DNA of 55,660 nt from Bacteroidota bacterium (lineage in GTDB: Bacteria > Bacteroidota > Bacteroidia > UBA10329), in NCBI GenBank assembly GCA_046047575.1, contig JBJOHR010000178.1, forward strand, positions 1 to 55,660, written 5' to 3'. The first letter of the stretch is position 1; each line of letters starts with the position of its first letter. Below are positions 25,321-35,836 of this stretch, in pieces. The notes beneath the pieces are model-generated. The model had not been told where the DNA came from. It did not search any database and saw only the letters and a list, made by a program, of their open reading frames with translations. The translations under genes were made by a program, and so were the position numbers.

Positions 25321-28300
25321 TTAGTTCAATGTAGTGATATTAATTCTCGTTGTAAGCTCACCGACCAATTCAACCGTAACTGCTTCGGGTGAATTGACCT
25401 CAGAGACAAACTCCAAATTCCCCGCCAGCGTTTCCGCGCAAATATATCTAAGATTGCTTGTTACTGCGTCCTTCAAGGGTTGCCCGTCCAAAATGGTCAG
25501 ATTGATACGGTCTGTCACCTCCAACCCTTTGTCTTTCCGTAGGTTCTGAATACGATTGACCAACTCTCTGGCCAAGCCTTCCTGCTCCAATTCTGGTGTA
25601 ATGGTCAAATCGAGCGCTACCGTGATTCCGCCTTCGGAAGCAACCGCCCATCCTGGAATGTCTTTGGAGATGATTTCTACATCTTCCAATGTCAGATCGA
25701 TCGGGCTTCCTTCAAAGTTGATATTGAAAGTTCCTGATGACTCCAAACTCGAAATATCGTCCTGACCCATCTTCCCAACTTCCGCAGCGATCTCCTTCAT
25801 CTGCTTGCCGTATTTCGGGCCAAGCGTTTTGAAGTTCGGTTTGATGGTCTTCTCAATCACCCCAGCCGTTTCGGTGAGGTATTCGAGCTCCTTCACATTC
25901 ACTTCGGAAAGAATGAGGTCTTCCACCGCCTTGATCTGCCGTGCAAACCTCTCGTTCAACACAGGAATCATTGCCTTTGCCAATGGCTGACGTACACGGT
26001 GCTTTTCCTTCTTGCGGATGCTAAGGATCAACGAGGTCACCTTTTGCGCAATCTCCATTCGCTCTTCAAGGTCGATGTCAATTGCCGCTTTATCCGCAAC
26101 TGGCATTTCGGCCAAGTGAACTGACTCTGAACCGTCTTTTCCTGTTACCGCATTGAGGTCTGAGAATAAACGTTCCGCGTAGAATGGTGCAATCGGACTC
26201 ATCAGCTTCGCGATGACATCCAAACAGGTATAAAGCGTTTGGTAGGCCGATGATTTGTCTTTGGAAGGTTCGCCCTTCCAGAATCTTCTGCGGCACAAGC
26301 GTACATACCAGTTACTCAGATTCTCATTCACGAATTCCTGAATGACACGACCAGCCTTCTTCGGTTCGAATGCCGTGTAGTGCTCATCGACCTCCGCAAT
26401 CAGGGAATTGAGTTTGGACATGATCCAACGATCGATCTCTGGTCGTTCAGACACGGGAACCTCCGCTTCGCTGAAATCATAACCATCAATGTTCGCGTAT
26501 AGCGCGTAGAAACCGTAGGTGTTGTAGAGCGTTCCGAAGAACTTGCGCTGCACCTCCGCGATTCCTTCAATGTCGAATTTCAAGTTATCCCAAGGCTCCG
26601 CGTTGGTGATCATGTACCAGCGTGTGGCATCAGGGCCATACTGCTTCAATGTCTCGAACGGATCGACCGCGTTGCCCAATCGCTTGGACATCTTCTGTCC
26701 GTTCTTATCGAGAACAAGGCCATTGGAAACAACATTCTTGTACGCCACCGAATCGAAACACATGGTGGCAATCGCGTGCAGCGTGAAGAACCAACCACGC
26801 GTTTGGTCTACGCCTTCAGCAATAAAGTCGGCTGGATAATAGCTCTTGCCATCGATCAATTCCTTGTTCTCGAACGGATAGTGCAACTGTGCGTACGGCA
26901 TGGCACCCGAATCGAACCACACATCAATAAGGTCCATTTCGCGGCTCATCGGTTTGCCTGACTCAGAAACCAGCACAATATCATCCATGTACGGACGGTG
27001 AAGGTCGAACGTCTTGTAATTGGCCTCGTTCATGTTGCCGACCGCAAAATCAGCCAATGGATTTGAAGCCATTACGCCAGCAGCCACTGCTTTGTCGCAT
27101 TCGGCTTTCAGTTCTTCAACTGAACCGATGCATTTGCGCTCAGCCTTGTCTTCTGTTGACCAGATCGGTAATGGAATTCCCCAGAAACGGCTGCGTGATA
27201 AGTTCCAATCCTGTAGGTTTTCCAACCAATTCCCGAAACGCCCCGTTCCTGTGCTTTCCGGTTTCCAGTTGATGGTCTTGTTGAGCGCGATCAACTTGTC
27301 CTTGGCCTCTGTTGTCTTGATGAACCACGAATCCAACGGATAGTACAGCACGGGCTTGTCCGTTCTCCAGCAATGTGGGTAACTGTGGACGTATTTCTCC
27401 ACGCGGAAAGCCTTATTATCCTCCTTCAGTTTGATGGCAATGCGCTCATCCACTGACAGGTAATTGTCGCGGCCTTGCTTCTTGGTCTCCGCCTCTATCT
27501 CCTCGTCAGTGTAATATTCGGCTTTCACGTATTCGCCCGCAAAGTCGGTCACTTCTGGACGGAAACGCCCTTGCAGATCCACCAACGGAACCATGTTCCC
27601 TTGGCCGTCATCCACCAGCATGGCACCGATACCCGCTGCTTTCGCTACGCGAGCATCATCCGCACCGAACGTAGGCGCGATATGCACGATTCCCGTACCG
27701 TCTTCAGTCGAAACGAAATCTCCAGCAATTACTCGGAATCCTTCACCATCTGGTTGGGCATATGGCAAGAGCTGCTCGTAAGCCGTTCCAACCAGTTCAG
27801 AACCTTTGAATTCTGCTATTATCTGATACGGGATCTTCTTGTCACCTTCCTGATAATCTTCCAATGCCAGTTCGGCATTCTCAGCCTTGAACCATTTTCC
27901 GATAAGATCCTTGGCCAACACCACCACAACCAGTGCGGAAGTGTACTGATTGAAGGTCTTCACAGCCACATAGTCGATGTGCTCGCCAACGGCCAGAGCC
28001 GTGTTCGATGGCAGCGTCCAAGGTGTGGTCGTCCAAGCCAAAATGTGCGTTTCACCACCGAATTTTGCATCCAAAGAAGGTGCTCGGAATTGAGCGACAA
28101 CGGTGGTGTCCTTGACATCGCGGTAAGTTCCGGGTTGGTTCAACTCGTGTGAGCTCAACCCCGTTCCCGCCTTGGGCGAATACGGCTGAATGGTGTAGCC
28201 CTTGTACAGCAAACCCTTGTCGTACAAGTTTTTCAGCAACCACCAAACGCTCTCAATGTATTTGTTCTCGTATGTGACGTACGGATGGTCCATATCCACC

Positions 28301-28728
28301 CAGTACCCGATCTTGTGGGTCAGGTCGTTCCAAACGTCCGTGTATTTCATTACCGCCTTGCGGCACGCTTCGTTGTATTCGGCAATGGTGATGGTCTTAC
28401 CGATGTCCTCTTTGGTAATGCCAAGCTCCTTTTCAACTCCAAGCTCAATTGGCAGTCCGTGGGTGTCCCAACCTGCTTTACGCTTCACTTGGTAGCCCTT
28501 AAGCGTGCGGTAACGGCAGAAAATATCCTTGATGGTACGCGCCATCACGTGGTGAATGCCCGGCATGCCGTTGGCCGATGGCGGCCCTTCGTAAAATACG
28601 AACGGCTCGTTGCCTTCGCGCGTCTCAATGCTCTTCCTGAAAATGTCGTTCTGCTCCCAGAACGCAAGCACCTCGTCCGCCACCTCGGGCAGGTTCAATT
28701 GCTTGTATTCCGCGTACTTCTTGGCCAT
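25321..28728 (-). CDS. ileS: Isoleucine--tRNA ligase (long, type 2-like form)
   Basis: ORF 25321..28740, with ATG 28728 (MAKKYAEYK). HIGH region: PPSANGMPGIHH. KMSKS: QKMSKRLGN. Editing-domain sequence: TTPWTLPSN. Length 1135 aa. Confidence 0.95.
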   Translation of the reverse strand: MAKKYAEYKQLNLPEVADEVLAFWEQNDIFRKSIETREGNEPFVFYEGPPSANGMPGIHHVMARTIKDIFCRYRTLKGYQVKRKAGWDTHGLPIELGVEKELGITKEDIGKTITIAEYNEACRKAVMKYTDVWNDLTHKIGYWVDMDHPYVTYENKYIESVWWLLKNLYDKGLLYKGYTIQPYSPKAGTGLSSHELNQPGTYRDVKDTTVVAQFRAPSLDAKFGGETHILAWTTTPWTLPSNTALAVGEHIDYVAVKTFNQYTSALVVVVLAKDLIGKWFKAENAELALEDYQEGDKKIPYQIIAEFKGSELVGTAYEQLLPYAQPDGEGFRVIAGDFVSTEDGTGIVHIAPTFGADDARVAKAAGIGAMLVDDGQGNMVPLVDLQGRFRPEVTDFAGEYVKAEYYTDEEIEAETKKQGRDNYLSVDERIAIKLKEDNKAFRVEKYVHSYPHCWRTDKPVLYYPLDSWFIKTTEAKDKLIALNKTINWKPESTGTGRFGNWLENLQDWNLSRSRFWGIPLPIWSTEDKAERKCIGSVEELKAECDKAVAAGVMASNPLADFAVGNMNEANYKTFDLHRPYMDDIVLVSESGKPMSREMDLIDVWFDSGAMPYAQLHYPFENKELIDGKSYYPADFIAEGVDQTRGWFFTLHAIATMCFDSVAYKNVVSNGLVLDKNGQKMSKRLGNAVDPFETLKQYGPDATRWYMITNAEPWDNLKFDIEGIAEVQRKFFGTLYNTYGFYALYANIDGYDFSEAEVPVSERPEIDRWIMSKLNSLIAEVDEHYTAFEPKKAGRVIQEFVNENLSNWYVRLCRRRFWKGEPSKDKSSAYQTLYTCLDVIAKLMSPIAPFYAERLFSDLNAVTGKDGSESVHLAEMPVADKAAIDIDLEERMEIAQKVTSLILSIRKKEKHRVRQPLAKAMIPVLNERFARQIKAVEDLILSEVNVKELEYLTETAGVIEKTIKPNFKTLGPKYGKQMKEIAAEVGKMGQDDISSLESSGTFNINFEGSPIDLTLEDVEIISKDIPGWAVASEGGITVALDLTITPELEQEGLARELVNRIQNLRKDKGLEVTDRINLTILDGQPLKDAVTSNLRYICAETLAGNLEFVSEVNSPEAVTVELVGELTTRINITTLN

Positions 28729-28781
28729 CGTTTTTTCCAAAAGGAGCGCGAAGATAAGAAGTAGAATAAGGATAGCGCACC

Positions 28782-29198
28782 TTAAATCGTAGCAATCACC
28801 TTCAGCTCAATCGCTATAGGCGTAGGCAGGCAATTAATCTCTACCGTGGTGCGGCACGGAAGGTTGTCTTTGAAATACTCGGCATACACGCGGTTGTAGG
28901 TCTTGAAATCGTCCTTCATGTTGGTCAGGAAAACGGTCACGTCAACGATCTTGTCCCAACTGGAGCCTGAATCCTCCAAGATCATCCTCACATTATTGAA
29001 CACCGAGTGGCATTGCTTCTCAATGTCGTACGAAATGATGTTTCCGCTGTCATCCAATTCCACCCCTGGAATTTTCTTGGTTCCGCGCTCTCTTGGGCCA
29101 ACCCCTGATAGAAAAAGCAGGTTTCCTACCTGCCGTGCATGCGGGTACAGTCCAACTGGTTCTGGGGCACGGTTCGAATCGAATTTAGGAGCACTCAT
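28782..29198 (-). CDS. RidA/YjgF-family reactive-intermediate deaminase
   Basis: ORF 28782..29228. ATG 29198 (MSAPKFDSN) lies downstream of a -7 box. Motifs: LLFLSGVGPR, VDVTVFLTNM, CRTTVEINCLP. Confidence 0.8.
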   Translation of the reverse strand: MSAPKFDSNRAPEPVGLYPHARQVGNLLFLSGVGPRERGTKKIPGVELDDSGNIISYDIEKQCHSVFNNVRMILEDSGSSWDKIVDVTVFLTNMKDDFKTYNRVYAEYFKDNLPCRTTVEINCLPTPIAIELKVIATI

Positions 29199-29215
29199 CT
29201 TCTTGCAATTTGTGT

Positions 29216-29223
29216 CAAATATA
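29216..29223 (-). promoter_or_regulatory. Bacteroidota -7 promoter box (TATATTTG on the minus strand)
   Basis: Exact TAnnTTTG match 17 nt upstream of ATG 29198. It lies inside the longer ORF version, which supports the shorter start. Confidence 0.45.
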
Positions 29224-29282
29224 GGCACCTGTCAGGACCTAATTGAAACCTGAACTGTTCTGTTAGAAGGCAGCAAAAATGA

Positions 29283-29290
29283 TACATTTG
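29283..29290 (+). promoter_or_regulatory. Bacteroidota -7 promoter box (TACATTTG)
   Basis: Exact TAnnTTTG match 21 nt upstream of ATG 29312. Confidence 0.45.
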
Positions 29291-29311
29291 CCCATGTACA
29301 CTATTCAATAA

Positions 29312-30268
29312 ATGGCGGGGAAAACGGGTATATTGGTGATTGGCGCTTCTGGCCAGATCGGTACCGAACTGGTAATGGAGCTGCGAGCCCGTTTCGGTGG
29401 TAATAATGTGGTGGCTTCCGATCTGAAAACTGCCTCCAAAGAAGTGTTGGATAGTGGTCCTTTTGAACAATTGGACGTTTTGGACCGCGACCGTTTACAT
29501 CAAATAGTGGTTCACTACAACATTGGGCAGGTGTACCTGCTTGCCGCCTTGCTTTCTGCAACCGCTGAGCAAAAGATCATGCAGGCTTGGAATCTGAACA
29601 TGTACGGACTGTTCTATGTACTTGAACTAGCCAAAGAAGGCTTCATTGATAAAGTGTATTGGCCGAGCTCCATTGCTGTTTTCGGCCCCACAACTCCAAA
29701 ACTGAATACTCCTCAATCGACCATCATGGAGCCGAGCACGGTATATGGAATCAGTAAGTTGGCTGGCGAAAGGTGGTGCGAGTACTACCATAACCGTTTC
29801 GGTGTGGACGTACGCAGTTTGCGTTACCCTGGCTTGATCGGCTACAAGAGCAATCCGGGCGGAGGCACCACAGATTATGCCGTGGACATTTTCCATAAAG
29901 CTGTTTCGGGACAACCATTCGAGTGTTTCCTGTCGGAAGATACGCGACTGCCGATGATGTACATGCCTGATGCCATCAAGGCCACAATAGGTATTATGGA
30001 GGCACCCAGCGAAACGGTGAAGATCCGTTCTAGCTACAACATTTCTGGATTTGATTTCACCCCCGCAGAGCTTGCCCATGAAATTCAGAGACATATTCCC
30101 GACTTCACTATCAGCTACAAACCCGATTTCAGACAGGCCATTGCAGATGGTTGGCCAAGTTCGATCAATGATGCCTCAGCGCGGGCAGATTGGAGTTGGA
30201 AAACAGAGTATTCATTGGAAGCAATGACAAGCGATATGCTTCATCACCTTGCTCAAGCAATTCACTAG
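29312..30268 (+). CDS. Extended-SDR NAD-dependent epimerase/dehydratase-fold protein, probably L-threonine 3-dehydrogenase
   Basis: ILVIGASGQIGTEL glycine-rich loop. YGISKLAGE (YxxxK). Length 318 aa. The threonine dehydrogenase assignment is inferred from resemblance to short-chain TDHs as I remember them. Confidence 0.75.
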   Translation: MAGKTGILVIGASGQIGTELVMELRARFGGNNVVASDLKTASKEVLDSGPFEQLDVLDRDRLHQIVVHYNIGQVYLLAALLSATAEQKIMQAWNLNMYGLFYVLELAKEGFIDKVYWPSSIAVFGPTTPKLNTPQSTIMEPSTVYGISKLAGERWCEYYHNRFGVDVRSLRYPGLIGYKSNPGGGTTDYAVDIFHKAVSGQPFECFLSEDTRLPMMYMPDAIKATIGIMEAPSETVKIRSSYNISGFDFTPAELAHEIQRHIPDFTISYKPDFRQAIADGWPSSINDASARADWSWKTEYSLEAMTSDMLHHLAQAIH

Positions 30269-30645
30269 AAGTTGGTATACCGTATCTCAAATTGGAGATT
30301 GAACGTGTCGATAAACATTTCAATGTCTTCTTGAATTCCTTCATCATCTTCATCATATTCCCATATCACCCTTACATCGTTGCCCCGTGCTTTTGCCTGA
30401 GATAGACATTGAAAAAGCTCTGATATAGCTTTGGAGGTGGCAGAGTTGTAGTACTCTAAGCGAATATGAACGGTTCGTATCGGATTGTCTGAGTTCTCCA
30501 AGGTCTTGAATCGGACGAGGATGGGGTCAAAGAAATCCATTCCTTCCTCAGGGTATGATCTTCCCTCTATACGCAAGAACGACTCCTGCCGGTCTAAAAG
30601 CACAAGTGGGCTTCTGTCGGTAGCATCAATGGTCCATTTCTCCAT
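30265..30645 (-). CDS. DUF1987 / SiaC-like small protein
   Basis: 126 aa. Motifs: LRIEGRSYPEEGMDFFDPILVRF, LEYYNSATSKAISELFQCL and VIWEYDEDDEGIQEDIEMF fit the DUF1987 pattern. Confidence 0.65.
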   Translation of the reverse strand: MEKWTIDATDRSPLVLLDRQESFLRIEGRSYPEEGMDFFDPILVRFKTLENSDNPIRTVHIRLEYYNSATSKAISELFQCLSQAKARGNDVRVIWEYDEDDEGIQEDIEMFIDTFNLQFEIRYTNF

Positions 30646-30765
30646 GGCAAACTAAAAGTACTAATCCTTTGTAAGGTCCAACAATACAATACAAAGATCG
30701 ATGAACGACCTGAACCCACAAAGGAAAAAGAAAGTATAACTCGTCACGATAATGTGTAGAAAGCC

Positions 30766-31623
30766 ATGAAAGTAAAGACACTGATAACCCATCTCTTACT
30801 GCTCACTACGTTCCTTGTTACTTCGGCCCAATCGTCAGGCAACAACGATGGTGACTCATTGAACACCAAAGACGCCAGCAACCAGAAACAAGGTTGGTGG
30901 AAGGTATATAACACAGATGGCAAGTATAAGGGCTACGAAACTGGACAGTTGGTAGAAGAAGGTGAATATCTGAACAACAGAAAAACAGGGGTTTGGACCA
31001 AATACTATCCAAATGGCAACAAGAAGCATGAGTTGACATTTGCCAACAACATCGCCAATGGATACGCCAAGATCTACTACCGAACAGGGCAGTTACAAGA
31101 AGAGGGTATTTGGAAAATGAACCGCTGGGATGGTCAGTACAAGTATTACTATCCTGACGGTACGCTTAAGTATGACTGGAATTACAACTCGTCAGGAAAG
31201 CGGGAGGGCGAACAGAAATACTACCATGAGAACGGAATGCTACAGTACATCGGTAACTGGAAAGCTGGGAATGAAAGCGGTGAACTCCGTGAATATTACG
31301 AGGACGGCTCCGTAAAGGCTAAGCGTTATTTTGAAGATGGCAAGGTGGATCCAGAGAAGACCGTCAGTTTGGTAGAAGGAAAAGAATTTGATGATAATGT
31401 GAAGAAATACAGTGGCAAGCCACGTCCTAAATCCATCTCAAAGGGAGAAATGGTAGATGGATACAATAAGGTGTTGAATGCCGATGGAACTGTACGGCAA
31501 GAGGGCACATTCAAGGACAAGAAGCTGATAGACGGAAAGGTGTATGAATACGAGAATGGTCAGGTGGTTAAAACCATTACTTACCAAGGCGGAAAAAGAA
31601 TAGGTGAAGAAACCGCCCAATAA
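30766..31623 (+). CDS. Secreted MORN-variant (YwqK-like) repeat protein
   Basis: Signal peptide LLLLTTFLVTSAQS. At least six G-x-W-x-x-YY-x-N/D-G repeats are present (KTGVWTKYYPNGNKKHE, GYAKIYYRTGQLQEEG, DGQYKYYYPDGTLKYD, EGEQKYYHENGMLQY, GELREYYEDGSVK). Confidence 0.75.
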   Translation: MKVKTLITHLLLLTTFLVTSAQSSGNNDGDSLNTKDASNQKQGWWKVYNTDGKYKGYETGQLVEEGEYLNNRKTGVWTKYYPNGNKKHELTFANNIANGYAKIYYRTGQLQEEGIWKMNRWDGQYKYYYPDGTLKYDWNYNSSGKREGEQKYYHENGMLQYIGNWKAGNESGELREYYEDGSVKAKRYFEDGKVDPEKTVSLVEGKEFDDNVKKYSGKPRPKSISKGEMVDGYNKVLNADGTVRQEGTFKDKKLIDGKVYEYENGQVVKTITYQGGKRIGEETAQ

Positions 31624-31635
31624 TTACCCTAAGCC

Positions 31636-31643
31636 TATCTTTG
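31636..31643 (+). promoter_or_regulatory. Bacteroidota -7 promoter box (TATCTTTG)
   Basis: Exact TAnnTTTG match 19 nt upstream of the cysS ATG at 31663. Confidence 0.45.
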
Positions 31644-31662
31644 CAGCTTAGCGCATGAGAAT

Positions 31663-33156
31663 ATGAGTAGCAAGCTGCATTTCTACAACACCATTACCCG
31701 AAAAAAAGAAGAATTCGTTCCTGCCAATCCTCCTTTTGTTGGCATGTACGTTTGCGGTCCAACGGTTTATGGAGATGCGCATCTTGGTCATGCGCGGTCG
31801 GCCATTACGTTCGACATCGTTTATCGCTACCTTAAACACCTTGGTTACAAGGTGCGATACGTGCGCAACATAACCGATGTGGGTCACTTGGAAAACGATG
31901 CTGACCACGGGGAGGACAAAGTGGCCAAGAAAGCCCGATTGGAGCAATTGGAACCGATGGAGGTGGTGCAATATTACAAGGACCGCTACCACCGCGATAT
32001 GGATGCTTTGAACAACAATCGTCCTTCAATAGAGCCTCAAGCATCTGGTCACATCATAGAGCAAATTGCCATGACTCAGAAATTGCTGGACAATGGATTC
32101 GCGTATGTTTCTGACGGTTCAGTGTATTTCGATGTGGAGAAATACGCGGCATCGCACCATTACGGCAAGCTTTCAGGCAGAAAAATAGAAGACCTGCAAT
32201 CGAGCACCCGCGTCCTAGACGGACAAGAAGAGAAGCGCAGTTCTCTGGATTTCGCTTTATGGAAGAAGGCATCACCAGAACACATCATGCGTTGGCCTTC
32301 GCCTTGGAGCGATGGCTTTCCCGGTTGGCACATCGAATGCTCGGTAATGAGCAGTAAATACCTAGGCGATACGTTCGATATTCATGGTGGCGGTATGGAC
32401 CTGCTTTTTCCTCATCACGAATGTGAGATCGCGCAATCAGTAGGGGCAAATAAAGAGGAGCCTGTTCGTTATTGGCTTCATAATAATATGATCACGCTCA
32501 ATGGTCAGAAAATGGCCAAGTCCTTGGGCAATACCATCATGCTTCACCAGTTCTTTTCTGGAGAACACGAACTGCTTGAGCAGGCGTACGACCCACTTAC
32601 CATCAGGTTCTTTATTCTGCAAGCACATTACCGAAGCACCCTCGATTTTGGTAACGAGGCTCTAATTGCTGCGCAAAAAGGCTATGCCAAGTTGAACCAC
32701 GCACTTGTTGCGGCCAAAGGATTAGTGTTGAACTGGGGAGTCGATTCGGATGCGACCACGAAGAGGATCGATGCGTGGGAAACCGAGCTGTCCAATGCCA
32801 TGAACGATGACCTGAATACGGCACTGACCATAGCTACCCTGTTCGATATGGCATCATATATCAATGCATTGAAGAACGGACAAGAAAAACAAATTCCAAG
32901 CAGGCAAGCGTTCGAGCGTGTAATCACATTGTTTTCGTCATATTTCGTAAGCGTGTTGGGGTTAGGTGGCGCTGCAGGGAACGATCAAAGTGCCGAGAAG
33001 TTGGATGAGGTGATGAAGGTGTTGTTGAATCTCAGAAGCACCGCGAAATTGAATAGAGATTACGCCACGGCCGATGCCATCCGCGACCAATTGAAGGCCG
33101 TTGGGGTAACAGTTATGGATGGGAAAGATGGTGCCGAATGGCAGTTTGATGCGTAA
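31663..33156 (+). CDS. cysS: Cysteine--tRNA ligase
   Basis: [19 protein letters not shown] (HIGH). [14 protein letters not shown] (KMSKS). Length 497 aa. Confidence 0.95.
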   Translation: MSSKLHFYNTITRKKEEFVPANPPFVGMYVCGPTVYGDAHLGHARSAITFDIVYRYLKHLGYKVRYVRNITDVGHLENDADHGEDKVAKKARLEQLEPMEVVQYYKDRYHRDMDALNNNRPSIEPQASGHIIEQIAMTQKLLDNGFAYVSDGSVYFDVEKYAASHHYGKLSGRKIEDLQSSTRVLDGQEEKRSSLDFALWKKASPEHIMRWPSPWSDGFPGWHIECSVMSSKYLGDTFDIHGGGMDLLFPHHECEIAQSVGANKEEPVRYWLHNNMITLNGQKMAKSLGNTIMLHQFFSGEHELLEQAYDPLTIRFFILQAHYRSTLDFGNEALIAAQKGYAKLNHALVAAKGLVLNWGVDSDATTKRIDAWETELSNAMNDDLNTALTIATLFDMASYINALKNGQEKQIPSRQAFERVITLFSSYFVSVLGLGGAAGNDQSAEKLDEVMKVLLNLRSTAKLNRDYATADAIRDQLKAVGVTVMDGKDGAEWQFDA

Positions 33157-34114
33157 GACCAGCATCATACTGATATCGGTTATGAGCCTTTTGGCTTGTA
33201 ATCCGAATAAGCGCACGCCAGCGTTCGTGGAACTCGTCCCAGCGCCTTCCTTCAACGAAGATTCGGCCTACCACTTCATTGAACAGCAGATCGAGTTCGG
33301 ATATCGGATTCCAGGCATTGATGGGCATAGAAAGTGCGGCAATTTCATTGTAGCTAAACTCAAAGCCTATGGTTTCGTTGTTTCGGAGCAGATAGATTCG
33401 GTTGTTGGTTATGACAGCATTCGATTCCCACTAAGGAATATCATCGGAAAATGGAATCAAGCGGCACCTGAAAGAATTCTACTCTGCGCGCACTGGGACA
33501 GTCGACCCTTTGCCGACCAGGATTCAGAGCGGCCGAATGAACCCATTGTTGGCGCCAATGACAATGCCAGCGGGGTGGCCGTTCTATTGGAAATTGCCAG
33601 GAACATGGCAGTGCAATCTCCAAGTGTGGGGGTAGATGTCGTATTCTTTGATCTGGAAGACCAAGGCAGGCCTGCGTTTGACACCGAGGCCGACCCAAAT
33701 GACCATGGTTACTGTCTGGGTTCGAAGTATTGGGCCGAGCATTTCGTTGGAACGAAACCCAAGTACGGTGTGCTATTGGACATGGTTGGGGCAAAAGATG
33801 CCACCTTCAATTTAGAGCATTATTCATGGAAACATGCGAAAGACGTTCAATTGGCCATTTGGGACCTGGGGCATCAATTGGGATATGCCTCCTTTTTTTC
33901 GCATAACATTACTCAAATGGTGCTCGATGATCATGTGAGTATTAATGAACTGGCAGGAATTCCAACGGTGGATATCATTCATCAGGACGTGCAAGAAAGC
34001 GATCGCTTTTGGGAGTCTTGGCACACGCAATCTGACAATTTAAGTGCAATTGACAGGAAAACATTGAGGTCGGTTGGTCAAACCGTTACCCAATTCCTTT
34101 ATCTGAATCGCTGA
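33149..34114 (+). CDS. M28-family zinc peptidase / glutaminyl-cyclase-like lipoprotein
   Basis: ORF 33119..34114. ATG 33149 gives the lipobox [20 protein letters not shown] and overlaps the cysS stop by 8 nt. Metal-ligand motifs: [29 protein letters not shown]. Confidence 0.8.
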   Translation: MRKTSIILISVMSLLACNPNKRTPAFVELVPAPSFNEDSAYHFIEQQIEFGYRIPGIDGHRKCGNFIVAKLKAYGFVVSEQIDSVVGYDSIRFPLRNIIGKWNQAAPERILLCAHWDSRPFADQDSERPNEPIVGANDNASGVAVLLEIARNMAVQSPSVGVDVVFFDLEDQGRPAFDTEADPNDHGYCLGSKYWAEHFVGTKPKYGVLLDMVGAKDATFNLEHYSWKHAKDVQLAIWDLGHQLGYASFFSHNITQMVLDDHVSINELAGIPTVDIIHQDVQESDRFWESWHTQSDNLSAIDRKTLRSVGQTVTQFLYLNR

Positions 34115-34126
34115 ATTAGGTTGGCA

Positions 34127-35044
34127 ATGACAACGCCCCCGTTTTTCTCTGTAATTACTCCAACCTACAACCGCTTCAAATTTCTTCACGAAATGACAAG
34201 CAGCGTTCGGGCACAGACCTTCGGTGATTTTGAACATATCATTGTAGACGATGGGTCGACAGATGGAACGGAAGACCTGATCAGCCAGATAAGTGATTCC
34301 CGAATCCGTTACATAAAACAAGAAAATCAAGGCAGGAGCGCGGCAAGAAACACAGGAATAAAGGCAGCACGGGGTCGCTACGTCTGCTTTTTGGATAGTG
34401 ACGATGTTTGGACCCCCGAACACCTCGGCTCCTTAAAAACCTTGATCGATGCGCATCCCGAACCTGCATACTTTCTTACAGGCCTCATCTGGTTCTTTGA
34501 CGATGGCAGGCCGGAAGAACAGGTCGTGTACCGGCCGAGGCACCTATATGAAACCGATTGCGAATACGTTATTACCAATCAGTTTGCCCCCAATTGTGTT
34601 TGCTTGCATGCATCAGTTGCTAAGAGGCATCTATTCAACGAAAAGCTATACGTGAATGAAGATCTGGAGCTTTGGGCCCGAATAACGGCTGAATTTCCTG
34701 TATTCGAAACTCATCAGGCAACAGCTAAATTAAGGGTTCATGATGGCAACACGAGCCATTTGATATCTGATAGTCTTACACCGCGCAAACAGGTGTTGAA
34801 CATGGTGCTTGGCAATCCGGGGATTGCTCCACATCTATCCAAAACGTTCATTAAAGACAGGAAACGGGGGTTTGACGAGGTGGCCTTACGTGAATACCAA
34901 GCATCTGGAAAGCGGTGGAAGTTCATCTGGAGTTCACTCAAATTCATATTCAAATATCCGAACAACCCTACCAACAGGGCAAAACTTGTTGACCTGCTCT
35001 ACAATTTACCGGGTGGAAGATGGTTAAAACGACAAGTTGGCTAG
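34127..35044 (+). CDS. Family 2 glycosyltransferase
   Basis: FSVITPTYNR, IVDDGSTDGT and FLDSDD (DxD) motifs. Confidence 0.85.
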   Translation: MTTPPFFSVITPTYNRFKFLHEMTSSVRAQTFGDFEHIIVDDGSTDGTEDLISQISDSRIRYIKQENQGRSAARNTGIKAARGRYVCFLDSDDVWTPEHLGSLKTLIDAHPEPAYFLTGLIWFFDDGRPEEQVVYRPRHLYETDCEYVITNQFAPNCVCLHASVAKRHLFNEKLYVNEDLELWARITAEFPVFETHQATAKLRVHDGNTSHLISDSLTPRKQVLNMVLGNPGIAPHLSKTFIKDRKRGFDEVALREYQASGKRWKFIWSSLKFIFKYPNNPTNRAKLVDLLYNLPGGRWLKRQVG

Positions 35045-35099
35045 GTTGTGCAGGCTGCACGTTGCGTAATTTAGCCCGCCCGTTTTAATATTTAAGATT

Positions 35100-35834
35100 G
35101 TGTCAGACAGCCTCGTCATCATACCCACCTACAACGAAATGGAGAACGTGCAGCGAATGGTGCGCACGGTCATGGGGCTTGAGAAGGAATTCCACTTATT
35201 GATCATTGACGATGGGTCGCCTGACGGAACTGCCCAGTTGGTCAAGGATCTGATGCCCGAATTCTCAGGTCGGCTTTTCATTGAGGAACGCAAAGGGAAA
35301 TTGGGCCTGGGCACTGCTTATATCCACGGATTCAAATGGGCATTGGCCAGAAACTATCAGTTCATTTTTGAAATGGACTGCGACTTCTCTCACGACCCGC
35401 CCGACCTGATAAAACTGTACACTGCCGCCATCGAAACACCGGCCGACCTGGTCATCGGATCACGCTACATAAAGGGCGTGAATGTTGTAAACTGGCCCAT
35501 GGGACGCGTGCTCATGTCTTACTACGCATCAGCCTACGTGCGGCTTATTACCGGAATGACCATTCGCGATACCACTGCCGGCTTTAAGTGCTATAGAAGG
35601 GTTGTTCTGGAAACGATTCCCTTGGATGATATCAAGTTCTTTGGCTACGCATTTCAGATTGAAATGAAATTTGTGACGTGGAAGTACGGATTCCTGATCA
35701 AGGAAATTCCGATCATTTTCACTGACCGTACCGCTGGTGAATCGAAAATGAGCTCAGGGATCTTTAAGGAAGCAATCCTCGGTGTGTTGGAAATGAAATG
35801 GAAAAGTCTGTTCAGAACCTATAAACGAAATTGA
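35100..35834 (+). CDS. Polyprenol-phosphate mannosyl/glucosyl transferase (Dpm1-like GT2)
   Basis: GTG start. Motifs: VIIPTYNEMEN, IIDDGSPDGT, EMDCDFSHDP, GSRY. Confidence 0.85.
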   Translation: MSDSLVIIPTYNEMENVQRMVRTVMGLEKEFHLLIIDDGSPDGTAQLVKDLMPEFSGRLFIEERKGKLGLGTAYIHGFKWALARNYQFIFEMDCDFSHDPPDLIKLYTAAIETPADLVIGSRYIKGVNVVNWPMGRVLMSYYASAYVRLITGMTIRDTTAGFKCYRRVVLETIPLDDIKFFGYAFQIEMKFVTWKYGFLIKEIPIIFTDRTAGESKMSSGIFKEAILGVLEMKWKSLFRTYKRN

Positions 35835-35836
35835 GC

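Noticed and set aside
27475-28152. 225-aa plus-strand ORF, along with several other 60-160-aa ORFs between 25.3 and 28.8 kb
   Set aside because: All are embedded antisense in ileS, whose minus-strand frame carries the HIGH and KMSKS motifs. These are typical shadow ORFs of a long gene.
29171-29181. GGTTCGAATCG, which resembles a tRNA T-arm
   Set aside because: It sits inside the RidA coding frame. No acceptor or anticodon stems can be drawn around it, so it is a chance match.
31624-31662. Possible T-box or other leader riboswitches upstream of the aminoacyl-tRNA synthetase genes (ileS, cysS, pheS, lysS)
   Set aside because: The upstream non-coding regions are only 39-95 nt and hold promoter boxes 4-19 nt from the ATG of cysS, pheS and lysS (none was found for ileS). 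This is far too short for T-box or riboswitch leaders.
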